Below, piece by piece: positions 1-8,956 of a stretch of DNA of 32,000 bases (the stretch's first letter is position 1; each line of letters opens with the position of its first letter). The stretch is taken from positions 1,560,001 to 1,592,000 of the forward strand of contig NC_008340.1 in assembly GCF_000014785.1 (NCBI RefSeq), written 5' to 3'. The notes beneath the pieces were generated by a model that was not told the DNA's origin, did no database searches, and saw only the letters and a list, made by a program, of their open reading frames with translations. Source of the stretch: Alkalilimnicola ehrlichii MLHE-1 (GTDB lineage: Bacteria; Pseudomonadota; Gammaproteobacteria; Nitrococcales; Halorhodospiraceae). The translations under genes were made by a program, and so were the position numbers.

Positions 1-855
1 CTCGGGGAGGCGCTCTCCCGCGAATCCGGTCATCGGGTGAGAGTGACCCACTCGGTGCGCAAGGAGCGCCGCCGCTGGCTTGAGATGGCGTTGACCAACG
101 CCCGCCACGCCCTGACCGCGCGTACCTCCACTCAGGCGATGGCCCTGCACCGCCTGGAGGCCTTACAGGATGCGCTGCAACTCCCGGCACTGCCGGAGCG
201 CATTGAGTGCTTCGATATCAGCCACACCCGGGGCGAGGCTACCGTGGCCGCCTGTGTGGTGTTCAACCAGGACGGCCCGCTGAAGTCCGACTACCGCCGG
301 TTCAATATCCGTGGTATCACCCCGGGGGACGATTACGCCGCCATGCGCCAGGCCCTCAGTCGGCGTTATCAGCGCTTGAAAAAGGGCGAGGGCGTGCTGC
401 CGGATATCCTGCTGATCGATGGGGGCAAGGGCCAGGTGGCGCAGGCCGAGGCCGTCCTGGAGGAGTTGCAGGTGGACGATGTCTACCTGGTGGGGATCGC
501 CAAGGGCCCGGAGCGGCGCCCCGGCGAGGAGACCCTGATACTATCTGATGAGGACGGACGCGAGAAAACCCTGGGACCGGATGCCCCGGCGTTGCAGTTG
601 TTGCAGCAGGTGCGGGACGAGGCGCACCGCTTTGCCATTGCCGGCCACCGGCAACAGCGGGGCAAGGCGCGGACCCGCTCGGCGCTGGAGGACATTCCCG
701 GGCTGGGCCCCAAGCGACGCCAGGCCCTGTTGCGCCACTTTGGAGGCCTGAAGGCGGTCGCCCGGGCCGGGGTGGAGGACCTGGCCCGCACCCCGGGCAT
801 CAGTCGGGCCCTGGCGCAGAAGGTCTACGATCATTACCACGGAGATAGCGGTTAA
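1..855 (+). CDS. uvrC: Excinuclease ABC subunit C (UvrC), C-terminal part; the gene starts upstream of the window
   Basis: Frame 1 is open from nt 1, so the track's M at 37 is internal. The endonuclease region (ECFDISH...GE) and the C-terminal helix-hairpin-helix (LEDIPGLGPKRRQALLRHFGGLKAV) are UvrC hallmarks. Synteny with pgsA, which starts 3 nt downstream. Confidence 0.9.
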   Translation, partial: LGEALSRESGHRVRVTHSVRKERRRWLEMALTNARHALTARTSTQAMALHRLEALQDALQLPALPERIECFDISHTRGEATVAACVVFNQDGPLKSDYRRFNIRGITPGDDYAAMRQALSRRYQRLKKGEGVLPDILLIDGGKGQVAQAEAVLEELQVDDVYLVGIAKGPERRPGEETLILSDEDGREKTLGPDAPALQLLQQVRDEAHRFAIAGHRQQRGKARTRSALEDIPGLGPKRRQALLRHFGGLKAVARAGVEDLARTPGISRALAQKVYDHYHGDSG

Positions 856-858
856 ACC

Positions 859-1410
859 ATGCAGTTGAACTGGCCCAACGCCCTGACCCTGTTCCGGATT
901 GCGCTGATCCCGGTGCTGGGGCTGTGCTTCTTGCTCCCGGCACCCTGGATGAACGTGCTGGCGGTGATCGTGTTCAGCGCGGCGGCCGTCACCGACTGGC
1001 TGGACGGCTACCTGGCGCGCCGGCTGCAGCAGACCTCCGCCTTCGGGGCGTTCCTGGACCCAGTGGCCGACAAGCTAATGGTCGCGGTCGCCCTGGTGGC
1101 GCTGGTCGCGGTGCATCCGGGGCCCTGGCTCGCCGTGCCGGCCAGCATCATCATCGGCCGTGAGATTGCCGTGTCCGCCCTGCGTGAGTGGATGGCGAAC
1201 CTCGGGGCCCGGGCCAGCGTGGCGGTGAGCATGGCCGGCAAGGTCAAGACGACCGCCCAGATGGCGGCCATCATCATGCTGTTATACGGTCAATCGCTGG
1301 GCCCGATCCCGCTCTTTGAGCTGGGCGTGGTGCTCCTTTACGTGGCGGCGGTGCTGACCGTATACTCCATGGCGCTGTATCTGAGGGCGGCCTGGGAGCA
1401 GCTCGCGTAG
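859..1410 (+). CDS. pgsA: CDP-diacylglycerol--glycerol-3-phosphate 3-phosphatidyltransferase
   Basis: 183 aa, multi-TM. CDP-alcohol phosphatidyltransferase motif DWLDGYLAR...G..LDP.ADK. Classic uvrC-pgsA-tRNA synteny. Confidence 0.92.
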   Translation: MQLNWPNALTLFRIALIPVLGLCFLLPAPWMNVLAVIVFSAAAVTDWLDGYLARRLQQTSAFGAFLDPVADKLMVAVALVALVAVHPGPWLAVPASIIIGREIAVSALREWMANLGARASVAVSMAGKVKTTAQMAAIIMLLYGQSLGPIPLFELGVVLLYVAAVLTVYSMALYLRAAWEQLA

Positions 1411-1456
1411 CGCCCCGCCGGGTTCGGCCCCCGCCACTGCGGCAGCGCAGCAGGGG

Positions 1457-1484
1457 TTGACACACCTTCAGAGGGCTGTAAAAT
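1457..1484 (+). promoter_or_regulatory. sigma70 promoter of the tRNA Gly-Cys-Leu operon
   Basis: TTGACA (1457-1462), 16-nt spacer, TAAAAT (1479-1484), followed by a GC-rich discriminator. It lies about 17 nt upstream of the tRNA-Gly 5' end. Confidence 0.6.
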
Positions 1485-1500
1485 ACGCACCCACAACGCA

Positions 1501-1576
<76 letters not shown>

Positions 1577-1583
1577 AACAGCC

Positions 1584-1610
1584 AGAAGCCCCGGCCAGTC
1601 CGGGGCTTCT
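1584..1610 (+). terminator. Terminator-like hairpin inside the tRNA operon spacer
   Basis: AGAAGCCCCGG-CCAGT-CCGGGGCTTCT, a perfect 11-bp stem with a 5-nt loop, followed by a weak T-containing tract (CTCGTT). It sits 7 nt after tRNA-Gly. Confidence 0.35.
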
Positions 1611-1704
1611 CTCGTTACGGCCGGGGTGGAGGGCCTCTCGCTCGGCCTCCGGGCCAGGTCGGGCCTCGCAATTTTGCGCCCAGGCTGTTAAGATCTCGCG
1701 CGAT

Positions 1705-1778
1705 GGCTAGGTGGCAGAGTGGTGATGCAGCGGCCTGCAAAGCCGTGTACCTCGGTTCGATTCCGGGCCTAGCCTCCA
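1705..1778 (+). tRNA. cysT: tRNA-Cys (anticodon GCA)
   Basis: 74 nt. Acceptor stem GGCTAGG/CCTAGCC, anticodon loop CTGCAAA, T-arm GGTTCGATTCC, discriminator T then CCA. Confidence 0.93.
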
Positions 1779-1829
1779 TCTCCCACGCCCCGGCTGCCCC
1801 GGCAGGGGCGACTCCCGCAGGACCATCCC

Positions 1830-1915
1830 GCCCGGATGGCGGAATTGGTAGACGCAGGGGACTTAAAATCCCCCGGCTTTAAGCCGTGCCGGTTCAAGTC
1901 CGGCTCCGGGCACCA
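1830..1915 (+). tRNA. leuZ: tRNA-Leu (anticodon TAA), class II with long variable arm
   Basis: 86 nt. Acceptor stem GCCCGGA/TCCGGGC, anticodon loop CTTAAAA, long variable arm, T-arm GGTTCAAGTCC, ACCA end. Confidence 0.93.
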
Positions 1916-1989
1916 GCCACGCCCTTTCCCCGCACCGTCCACCCCTGCGTGCAACCGCTGCCCCGACCGGGGTCAACCGCGGTACCCGC

Positions 1990-2670
1990 TCATCCATCAT
2001 CCTCCAGGCGTCGCCAGAGGTAGCGCCCCAGCCCCCAGGCACCCAGTAGCATCAGGGCGGTGACCAGTAACGCCCAAAAGGCCTCGCCGGCGGTTGGCAT
2101 GCGCGCGTAATGCAACAACACCTGGGTGATCACCATGATGACGAGCGTGGAGGGCAGCAGCCCCGCCGCCGTCCCGAGCAGGAAGTCGTGGAAACGCAGA
2201 CGCGTGGTGCCAGCCACCAGGTTGATCACGATATGGGGCAGCAGCGGGAAGAGATTGACCAGTATCACGCTGCGGACGCCGTGTCGGGCAAGCGCCCGGT
2301 TCAGGCGTTCAATACGGGGGCCGGCATGGCGCTGTACCAGGCCCTCCCCGAACAGCCGCCCGGCCAGGTAACCCAGCAATGCGCCGAAGACCGTGGCCGT
2401 GTAGGCGACCACGAAGCCCTGCCAGGCCCCGAGCAGGATAACGCTGAGCGCGACCAGCACCAGGTGCGGCAGGGCAAGCTGCTGCGCCACAACGATCAGG
2501 GCGAAGACCAGCCAGGGGAACCAGCCGGTGTCGGCAAACCGCTGGCCCAGCGCCTGCACCCGATCGGGGTGCCAGCCCTCCCCCGGGGACAGGAGGAACC
2601 AGAGGAGCGCAAGGGCGCCGACGGCCAGTAACAGCCCCAGCAGCAGGTGTGGCCGGCTAGCGGGCCGCAT
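1990..2670 (-). CDS. TVP38/TMEM64 (DedA-related, SNARE-associated) family membrane protein
   Basis: 226 aa, polytopic. The core sequence GYLAGRLFG...VILVNLFPLLPHIVINLVAGTTRLRF.DFLLGTAAGLLP is typical of the family. Its start overlaps the upstream gene by 14 nt. Confidence 0.8.
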   Translation of the reverse strand: MRPASRPHLLLGLLLAVGALALLWFLLSPGEGWHPDRVQALGQRFADTGWFPWLVFALIVVAQQLALPHLVLVALSVILLGAWQGFVVAYTATVFGALLGYLAGRLFGEGLVQRHAGPRIERLNRALARHGVRSVILVNLFPLLPHIVINLVAGTTRLRFHDFLLGTAAGLLPSTLVIMVITQVLLHYARMPTAGEAFWALLVTALMLLGAWGLGRYLWRRLEDDG

Positions 2671-3265
2671 GGGACCACCGAAGAAGATAGGTCACCAGCA
2701 GGTGGGTCGCGCCCCAGAGCAGGGTGCTGGCGGTTAACAGTGCGGCCAACCAAAGCCAGGGCGGCATTAGTTGCTGAGGCTCGCTGATCCCGAACACCCA
2801 GTTGATGTTCTGCTCCGGCGTGGACAGCAGATAGCTGGCCACCAGCAGTGTCCAGCCCACCGGTGGCCAGCAGAGGACGGCGCGCCGGTCGTAGCCAAGG
2901 CGCACCACCAGCCATAGGAGCAGGAAGGGCAACACCGCATGGTAGAGCGAGAGTGCGCGGATGAACGGTGGGATGTCCGGATCAAACATATAGGCGGTGA
3001 CGCCCAGCGGCGGTTCACCGCCCAGCACAAGACCGCTGAGGAAGCCCATAATCCAGCCCAGCTCCGGGACCAGAACGGCGATCAGCAGGCTGCTCAGGAT
3101 CAGCCGGTGCCCCAGCCAAACCCCAGCCAGTCCGAGGAGCAGCGCCGCGTTCGAGAACCAGAGGAAGTTGGCAGGGCCGTACCACCAGAAATAGGCTGGC
3201 ACCAGCACCGCGACGAAGCCCAGATAACCCCACTTCAGCCACCCGGGTATGGTGGATGACGGCAT
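2657..3265 (-). CDS. Hypothetical polytopic membrane protein (about 6 TM), family not recognised
   Basis: Coding-like codon usage and hydrophobic segments. I prefer the ATG at 3265 (MPSSTIPGW...) because GGAGGG lies 7 nt upstream; the track start at 3286 has no SD. Probably translationally coupled to the TVP38 gene. Confidence 0.6.
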   Translation of the reverse strand: MPSSTIPGWLKWGYLGFVAVLVPAYFWWYGPANFLWFSNAALLLGLAGVWLGHRLILSSLLIAVLVPELGWIMGFLSGLVLGGEPPLGVTAYMFDPDIPPFIRALSLYHAVLPFLLLWLVVRLGYDRRAVLCWPPVGWTLLVASYLLSTPEQNINWVFGISEPQQLMPPWLWLAALLTASTLLWGATHLLVTYLLRWSHAAR

Positions 3266-3459
3266 GCCTGCACCCTCCAGTACCATGACCGTGCCCGTGC
3301 CTCCGGCGGGAAGTGTCAGCGGCTATTGCACATACTGTGGCAGATACCGGCATCATAGCGTCGTGGGCGCTATCGCCCAATGCCCATTCCGTCCGGGCAC
3401 TACCAGGCTTCCGCGGCCGCGAGACCGGTGGTCGGCAGCCGCCGTCAGGGGAGGGAAAC

Positions 3460-4089
3460 GTGCTGGAACTGGCCACCATCGCCTTCGCCACCTTTTTCAT
3501 TACCATCGGTCCGGTGGACGTGGCCTTCGTCTATGCCGCGCTCACCACCCGGCTGAGCCTGGCTCAGCGCCGACGGATGGCCGTGCGGGGCACATTGATC
3601 GCCACTCTGATCCTGTTGCCCGTCCTGTTCTTTGGTGAGGCCGCATTGGCCTGGCTGGGGATCTCCTTTCCGGCGCTGCAGACCGCGGGCGGCATCCTGC
3701 TATTGCTGATTGGCATCGATATGGTCTTTGCCCGCATGTCCGGTGGCATTTCGACCACGGAGGAGGAGACCCGTGAGGCCCAGGGCCGGGACGATATCTC
3801 GGTCTTTCCACTGGCCACCCCGTTGATCGCCGGGCCGGGCGCCATGGGTGCCGCGGTGCTGATGGCCGGACGCGCTGGTGACGACTGGTGGGCCCAGGGG
3901 GTGGTGCTGGCGGCCCTGTTGGTGGTGCTGGCACTGATGCTCGTGTGCCTGCTGGTTGCGGTGCAGATTCAGCGGTTCTTGGGCACCACCGGGGCGCATG
4001 TGGTCACCCGCGTCTTCGGCGTGTTGCTATGCGCCCTGGCCGTGCAGTTTATTTTCGACGGTCTGGCGGACAGCGGTCTGGTGGGCTGA
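3460..4089 (+). CDS. MarC family (UPF0056) integral membrane protein
   Basis: Typical MarC sequences: FFITIGPVD, ISVFPLATPLIAGPGA and a C-terminal R.FG....A.QFI..G. I prefer the GTG start at 3460, preceded by GGGGAGGG. The track's 3313 start adds a non-hydrophobic, Arg/Pro-rich leader. Confidence 0.8.
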   Translation: MLELATIAFATFFITIGPVDVAFVYAALTTRLSLAQRRRMAVRGTLIATLILLPVLFFGEAALAWLGISFPALQTAGGILLLLIGIDMVFARMSGGISTTEEETREAQGRDDISVFPLATPLIAGPGAMGAAVLMAGRAGDDWWAQGVVLAALLVVLALMLVCLLVAVQIQRFLGTTGAHVVTRVFGVLLCALAVQFIFDGLADSGLVG

Positions 4090-4951
4090 GGGGGGTGCGT
4101 TCACTACGGGTAGCCCGGAGCAGCACGGCATCCATCCAGCGGGTGGAGAGCAGGCGACGGAGCAGCCCGAACAGGTGGGTGGGCACGGTCACGTAATAGC
4201 GCGGTCGGGGGCGGCGTGCCTCCAGGGCGTGGATCAGCTTGTCCACCACGGCATCGGCCCGCCGGGTGAAGGGCGTGGCCGCCCCCTCTCCGGCCAGGCG
4301 GGCGGCCACGGCCCGGTAGGTTTCGGCGTGGGCGCTGTGTTCGGTATCGATATGGCGTAGGAAGGCCTGATAGGCGTTGTCGCGGAAGCGGCTGGTGATG
4401 GGGCCAGGCTCGATCAGACTGACGTGAATACCGCTACCCCGGAGCTCCTGTCGCAGGGCGTCGGTGAGCCCCTCAAGCGCGAACTTGGAGCAGACATAGG
4501 CGCCCCGGAAGGGGAGGGCGGCAAAGCCCAGCACGGAACTGTTCTGCACGATGCGTCCGCCGCCCTGGGCCCGCATTACCGGGATGACGCGGCGGGTCAG
4601 CTCGTGGGTGCCCAGCACGTTGGTCTCCAGCTGTGCCCGCAGCGCCGCCCGGCTGAGGTCCTCAACGGCGCCCGGCTGGCCATAGGCGCCGTTGTTGAAC
4701 AGGGCATCCAGGCGGCCGCCGGTACGCTCGAGCGCCGCCGCCAGGCCCTTACGGATTGAGTCATCGTCGTCCAGGTCCAGTTGCTCCGCCTGCAGGCCCT
4801 CGCGGCGCAGTCGCGCCACGTCCCCGGCGCGACGGGCGCTCGCCACCACCTGCCAGCCCCGCCGGGCCAATCGGTGGGCAGCGGCATGGCCGATGCCGCT
4901 GGAGCAGCCGGTGATGAGAATGCTCGGCCGTATCGCGCTGTTCTCGTCCAT
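4049..4951 (-). CDS. Short-chain dehydrogenase/reductase (SDR) family oxidoreductase
   Basis: TGCSSGIGHA Rossmann motif, NNG, and S...YxxxK (YVCSKFALE) catalytic motif. The ATG at 4951 is preceded by GGAGG. The track's 5206 start runs into the upstream protease gene. Confidence 0.85.
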   Translation of the reverse strand: MDENSAIRPSILITGCSSGIGHAAAHRLARRGWQVVASARRAGDVARLRREGLQAEQLDLDDDDSIRKGLAAALERTGGRLDALFNNGAYGQPGAVEDLSRAALRAQLETNVLGTHELTRRVIPVMRAQGGGRIVQNSSVLGFAALPFRGAYVCSKFALEGLTDALRQELRGSGIHVSLIEPGPITSRFRDNAYQAFLRHIDTEHSAHAETYRAVAARLAGEGAATPFTRRADAVVDKLIHALEARRPRPRYYVTVPTHLFGLLRRLLSTRWMDAVLLRATRSERTPLSPPDRCPPDRRK

Positions 4952-4989
4952 GGATTCCTCCCTGTGGCTTCGCCTGTCGCCGCGGTCGC

Positions 4990-6117
4990 TCACTCCGGCC
5001 GCCTCAGCTCCATGTGCAGATCGATGGTATGCAGCAGTTGATGGCGGTCGATCCAACCCAACACGCGGCGCCCCTCCATCACCGGGAGCTGATTGAGGTT
5101 GTGCTCGGTGATCAGTTGTAGGACCTGGGCCGCGTCGGTCTCCGGCGTCGCACTGACCAGGGCCTCCGCCGGGGTCATGATGTCGTCGACGCGGGTGGTG
5201 GCCCACTGCGCCTGTGGCACCGCCCGGGCATCGGAGAGAGAGACCAGCCCATGGGCGTGCTCGCGATTGCCAACGATATGGGCGCGCTGCCCCCCCGGCA
5301 GCACCTGGTGATGGACCCAGTCACTGACGGCTGTCCCGGGCTCGACCTGGGGGATGTCGGGCCGCGCCAGATCGCGGGCCCGCACCCCGGAAAGGCGCTC
5401 GCGCAGGTCGAACATTCGCCCCTGGGCCTGGGCCATATTGAACAGGAACCAGGCGATCAGGGTGATCCACAACCCCCCGATTAGGTTGCCCAGCACCAGG
5501 ATGTTCCACAAGGCCAGGGCAAACAGCCCGTAGGCGACCAGCCGGCCACCCGCCACGGCGGCCTCGATCCCCTTGCGCGCGCTGCCGGTGAACTTCCAGA
5601 CCGCGGCGCGGAAGACCCGTCCGCCATCCAGCGGGAAGCCGGGGATGAGGTTGAACACGGCCACCACCAGGTTGATCACCGCCAACCAGCCCAGGGCCAC
5701 GGTCAGCGGCTCAAAAATCCCCGCCGTGATCTGGGCCAGGGCGGCGAAAAGCAGCGCCAGGGCAAAACTGACCGCGGGTCCGGCAATGGCGATCCAGAAC
5801 TCATCATCGGGGCTGTCGGCATCGCGGCTCATCTGGGCCACCCCGCCGAAGATGAACAGGGTGATGGCCTTGACCGGGACCCCACGACGGATGGCCACCA
5901 GGCTGTGGCCGAGTTCGTGGGCGACGATGGAGGCGAAAAAGGTGAGCGACGTGAACAGCGCCGTGAGTATGGCTACCGGCAGCGGCCAATGATCGTAGTG
6001 GTGGTGAAACCCGGCACTCATGGTGACCAGAAGCAGGGCAAAGATGACCAGCCAGCTGACGTGCACCTCCAGCCGGATGCCCCGGTAGTACCCCAGCACC
6101 AGCACTGATTTGAACAT
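4990..6117 (-). CDS. Site-2 protease family (peptidase M50) zinc metalloprotease with C-terminal CBS pair
   Basis: HELGHSLVA (HExxH) lies in a TM helix. NLIPGFPLDGGR is the second M50 motif. The C-terminal roughly 120 aa resembles a CBS pair. The ATG at 6117 (MFKSVLVLG...) is preceded by GGGAG. Confidence 0.85.
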   Translation of the reverse strand: MFKSVLVLGYYRGIRLEVHVSWLVIFALLLVTMSAGFHHHYDHWPLPVAILTALFTSLTFFASIVAHELGHSLVAIRRGVPVKAITLFIFGGVAQMSRDADSPDDEFWIAIAGPAVSFALALLFAALAQITAGIFEPLTVALGWLAVINLVVAVFNLIPGFPLDGGRVFRAAVWKFTGSARKGIEAAVAGGRLVAYGLFALALWNILVLGNLIGGLWITLIAWFLFNMAQAQGRMFDLRERLSGVRARDLARPDIPQVEPGTAVSDWVHHQVLPGGQRAHIVGNREHAHGLVSLSDARAVPQAQWATTRVDDIMTPAEALVSATPETDAAQVLQLITEHNLNQLPVMEGRRVLGWIDRHQLLHTIDLHMELRRPE

Positions 6118-6222
6118 GATCACACTCCCGGCCTCGGCTCCATGCCCCGATCTTACCGCCCGCTGTGCCCGCCTCATAATCTCCGACTATCCTCCAAGGG
6201 AGAGACTAAATCGGTATGACTA

Positions 6223-7143
6223 ATGCGATTTCCGATGGGACAAGCGGGTGCTTCAGGAGACGGGGTGCCGAGCTTCGCGGATACGGCCACATTGCGCTGG
6301 ATGGGGGATATCTCCCCCTACGCGGTGCTGCTGGTGGACGGCGACGGTGCCATCCGGCAGGCGAATGCCAAGGCCGGCACCCTGTTCGGCTACGGGGCCG
6401 AGGAGATGGTGGGACTCTCCATCGAAACCCTGGTACCGGAGGGCGATCGCCAGCGTCACGGTGAGTTGCGGGAGACTTACCTGGCCGCGCCCCGGGAGCG
6501 GCCGATGGGGGCCGGCCGGGAGTTGCAGGCCCTGCACCGCAGCGGTGAGGTGATCCCGGTGGAGATCGCGCTCGTGCCGGTGGACGTCGCCGGTACCCGG
6601 ATGGTGATGGTCTCCGCGATTGATCTCAGCGTGCGTAAGGCGCTGGAGGCGCAGCTGCACCATCAGGCCAACCACGATCCACTGACCGGGCTGGTCAACC
6701 GCTACCATTTCGAGGAACTGCTCGCGCGGGAGATCGAGCGTGGCCAGCGCTATGGTGGCGGCTTCGCGCTGATCATGCTTGACATTGACCACTTCAAGGC
6801 GGTGAATGACACCTACGGCCACCTGGAAGGTGATAAGGTGTTGCGGCGGTTTGCCGAAGAGCTGACCGGCAAGATCCGCGCCGCGGATACGCTGGCGCGC
6901 TGGGGTGGGGAGGAGTTCATGCTGCTGCTACCCGGTACCGACATCGCCGGTGCCCGGGCCCTGGCCGAGGCGATCCGGGTGGCGGTCAACGGCTGCCGGA
7001 TGCCGGTTCCGGGGCAGGTGACCGTCAGCCTCGGCGTCACCGGTTATCGGAACGGGGAATCGGTATGGGGGCTGCTCAAACGGGTTGATGAGGCCTTATA
7101 TGCCGCCAAGCTGGCAGGACGGGACCAGGTGGTGGTTCTGTGA
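6223..7143 (+). CDS. PAS-domain diguanylate cyclase (GGDEF)
   Basis: N-terminal PAS-like region (AVLLVDGDGAIRQANAKAGTLFGY...). GGDEF domain with DPLTGL.NR, LIMLDIDHFKAVNDTYGH and an active-site GGEEF. The exact start is uncertain (6223, 6235 or 6301). Confidence 0.85.
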   Translation: MRFPMGQAGASGDGVPSFADTATLRWMGDISPYAVLLVDGDGAIRQANAKAGTLFGYGAEEMVGLSIETLVPEGDRQRHGELRETYLAAPRERPMGAGRELQALHRSGEVIPVEIALVPVDVAGTRMVMVSAIDLSVRKALEAQLHHQANHDPLTGLVNRYHFEELLAREIERGQRYGGGFALIMLDIDHFKAVNDTYGHLEGDKVLRRFAEELTGKIRAADTLARWGGEEFMLLLPGTDIAGARALAEAIRVAVNGCRMPVPGQVTVSLGVTGYRNGESVWGLLKRVDEALYAAKLAGRDQVVVL

Positions 7144-7152
7144 GGAGGGCCA

Positions 7153-8949
7153 TTGACAGTCGCCGGGCCAAAACGCCTGGAGGCCCTTCGGCCGTTGCTG
7201 GCCTTCCTGCGCCGCTACCGGCTCCGGGTGACGGCGGCGGTGGCCGCGCTGCTGGTGGCTGCCGGCAGCGTGCTGACCTTGGGCCAGGCCCTGCGGTTGG
7301 TGGTGGACCGGGGCTTCCTCGGCGAGGACCCTGCGGAGCTGAATCGCCTGCTACTGCTGGCCATGACCGTTATCCTGATCATGGCCCTGGCCTCGGCGCT
7401 GCGGTACTACTTGGTCTCCTGGATCGGTGAACGGGTGGCGGCGGACCTACGCACGGCCGTGTTTGATCACGTCACCCACCTGGAGCCCGCCTTTTTCGAG
7501 TTGAACGGGGTGGGCGAGATTCAGTCCCGCCTGACCACCGACACCAGCGTGCTGCAGACCATCCTGGGCTCGTCCTTTTCGATCGCGGTGCGCAACCTCC
7601 TGCTACTCGCGGGGGCCGTGGTCATGCTCTTCATCACCAGCCCTCGCTTGACCGCCTTCGTGCTGTTGAGTCTCCCCCTGGTCCTGATTCCCATCCTCTA
7701 CTTCGGCCGGCGGGTGCGGCGGCTCTCCCGCGCGAGTCAGGACCGGGTGGCCGATGTGGGCAGCTATGCCGGTGAGACCCTGCACGCCATCCGCACGGTG
7801 CAGGCCTTCGGCCATGAGGCTGCCGACCGCAGGCGTTTCCGCCGCCATGTGGATGCGGCCTTCGCCACCGCCGTGCGCCGGGTGCGCCAGCGGGCCTGGC
7901 TGGTGGGCATGGCCATGATGCTCGCCTTCACCGCCGTGGGCATCATTCTCTGGCAGGGTGGCCACGACGTTCTCGCCGGGCGTATGAGCGCCGGTGAACT
8001 GGCCGCCTTCGTGTTCTATGCCGTGTTGGCGGCCGGGGCCACCGGTGCGGTCTCCGAGGTGGTCGGGGAGCTTTACCGGGCCGCCGGGGCGACGGAACGG
8101 CTGACGGAACTGTTGCGCAACCAGCCGCGCATCCGCGCCCCGGCACGGCCGGTGCCGCCGCCACAACCGCTGCGCGGTGCCATCAGCCTGGAGGGTGTCG
8201 CTTTCGCCTACCCGGGGCGGCCGCAACAGCGGGTGCTGGACCGGGTGGACCTGAGGGTGGCCGCGGGTGAGCGGGTCGCCCTGGTGGGGCCCTCCGGCGC
8301 CGGCAAAAGCACGGTGTTCGCGTTGCTGCTGCGTTTCTACGACCCGATTGAGGGCCGGGTGTGCCTGGATGGCGTGGACCTGAAGGCGATGGATCCGAAG
8401 GCAGTGCGCGCTGCGATCGGGCTGGTGGCCCAGGAGCCCACCCTCTTTACCGGGACGGCGTGGGAGAACATCCGCTATGGCCGGGAGGATGCGGACGATG
8501 CTGACGTCCGCCGGGCCGCGGAGGCGGCCCATTGCACTGAGTTCCTGCAGCAACTGCCCGAGGGGTTCGATACCCCCCTGGGACCGGGCGGGGTTCAGCT
8601 CTCCGGCGGTCAGCGCCAGCGCATCGCCATTGCCCGGGCCATCCTGCGCGACCCGGCGTTACTGCTGCTGGATGAGGCCACCAGTAACCTGGACGCCGAC
8701 AGCGAGGCGCGCATCCAGTCGGCGCTCGAGGATCTGATGCGCGAGCGGACCAGCCTGGTGATTGCCCACCGCCTGGCCACGGTACAGTCGGCGGACCGTA
8801 TCGTGGTGATGCAGTCCGGCCGGATCCAGGCGGAGGGCAGCCACCGTCAGTTGCTGCGCGACAGCCCGCTGTACGCGCACCTGGCGGCCCTGCAGTTCGG
8901 CAGTGACCCGGATGGAGGGTCTCCAGGGGCTGCACAGCCTGTGGGGTAA
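7153..8949 (+). CDS. ABC exporter, fused permease/ATPase (ABCB/MsbA-like half transporter)
   Basis: Six-TM N-terminal domain. Walker A GPSGAGKST, signature LSGGQRQR, Walker B LLLLDEATS, H-loop AHR. TTG start 4 nt after AGGAGG, 9 nt after the GGDEF stop. Confidence 0.88.
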   Translation: MTVAGPKRLEALRPLLAFLRRYRLRVTAAVAALLVAAGSVLTLGQALRLVVDRGFLGEDPAELNRLLLLAMTVILIMALASALRYYLVSWIGERVAADLRTAVFDHVTHLEPAFFELNGVGEIQSRLTTDTSVLQTILGSSFSIAVRNLLLLAGAVVMLFITSPRLTAFVLLSLPLVLIPILYFGRRVRRLSRASQDRVADVGSYAGETLHAIRTVQAFGHEAADRRRFRRHVDAAFATAVRRVRQRAWLVGMAMMLAFTAVGIILWQGGHDVLAGRMSAGELAAFVFYAVLAAGATGAVSEVVGELYRAAGATERLTELLRNQPRIRAPARPVPPPQPLRGAISLEGVAFAYPGRPQQRVLDRVDLRVAAGERVALVGPSGAGKSTVFALLLRFYDPIEGRVCLDGVDLKAMDPKAVRAAIGLVAQEPTLFTGTAWENIRYGREDADDADVRRAAEAAHCTEFLQQLPEGFDTPLGPGGVQLSGGQRQRIAIARAILRDPALLLLDEATSNLDADSEARIQSALEDLMRERTSLVIAHRLATVQSADRIVVMQSGRIQAEGSHRQLLRDSPLYAHLAALQFGSDPDGGSPGAAQPVG

Positions 8950-8956
8950 GGCGCAG

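Noticed and set aside
1916-3300. Possible genomic-island insertion next to the tRNA-Leu gene
   Set aside because: I saw no integrase, no direct repeat of the tRNA 3' end and no mobile-element genes. The downstream genes are ordinary membrane proteins with host-like composition.
3313-3459. Upstream extensions of track ORFs: MarC (3313), SDR (to 5206), M50 protease (to 6177), UPF0126 (to 21751), SHOCT (to 26892), hemN (to 12573)
   Set aside because: In each case an internal ATG or GTG with a GGAG-type SD starts where homology or the hydrophobic/signal sequence begins. The extension either overlaps the neighbouring gene or is compositionally non-coding.
5215-5231. Plus-strand TGGCACCGCCCGGGCAT, resembling a sigma54 -24/-12 element
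   Set aside because: It lies inside and antisense to the M50 protease gene. The -12 region is GGGCA rather than TTGCA, and no downstream plus-strand gene exists. It is probably a chance match in GC-rich DNA.
7603-8553. 316-aa minus-strand ORF inside the ABC exporter gene, and the 292-aa ORF at 17284-18162 inside the sigma54 regulator gene
   Set aside because: They lie antisense to genes with complete Walker/signature motifs. The sequences are Arg/Gly/His/Pro-rich shadow frames.
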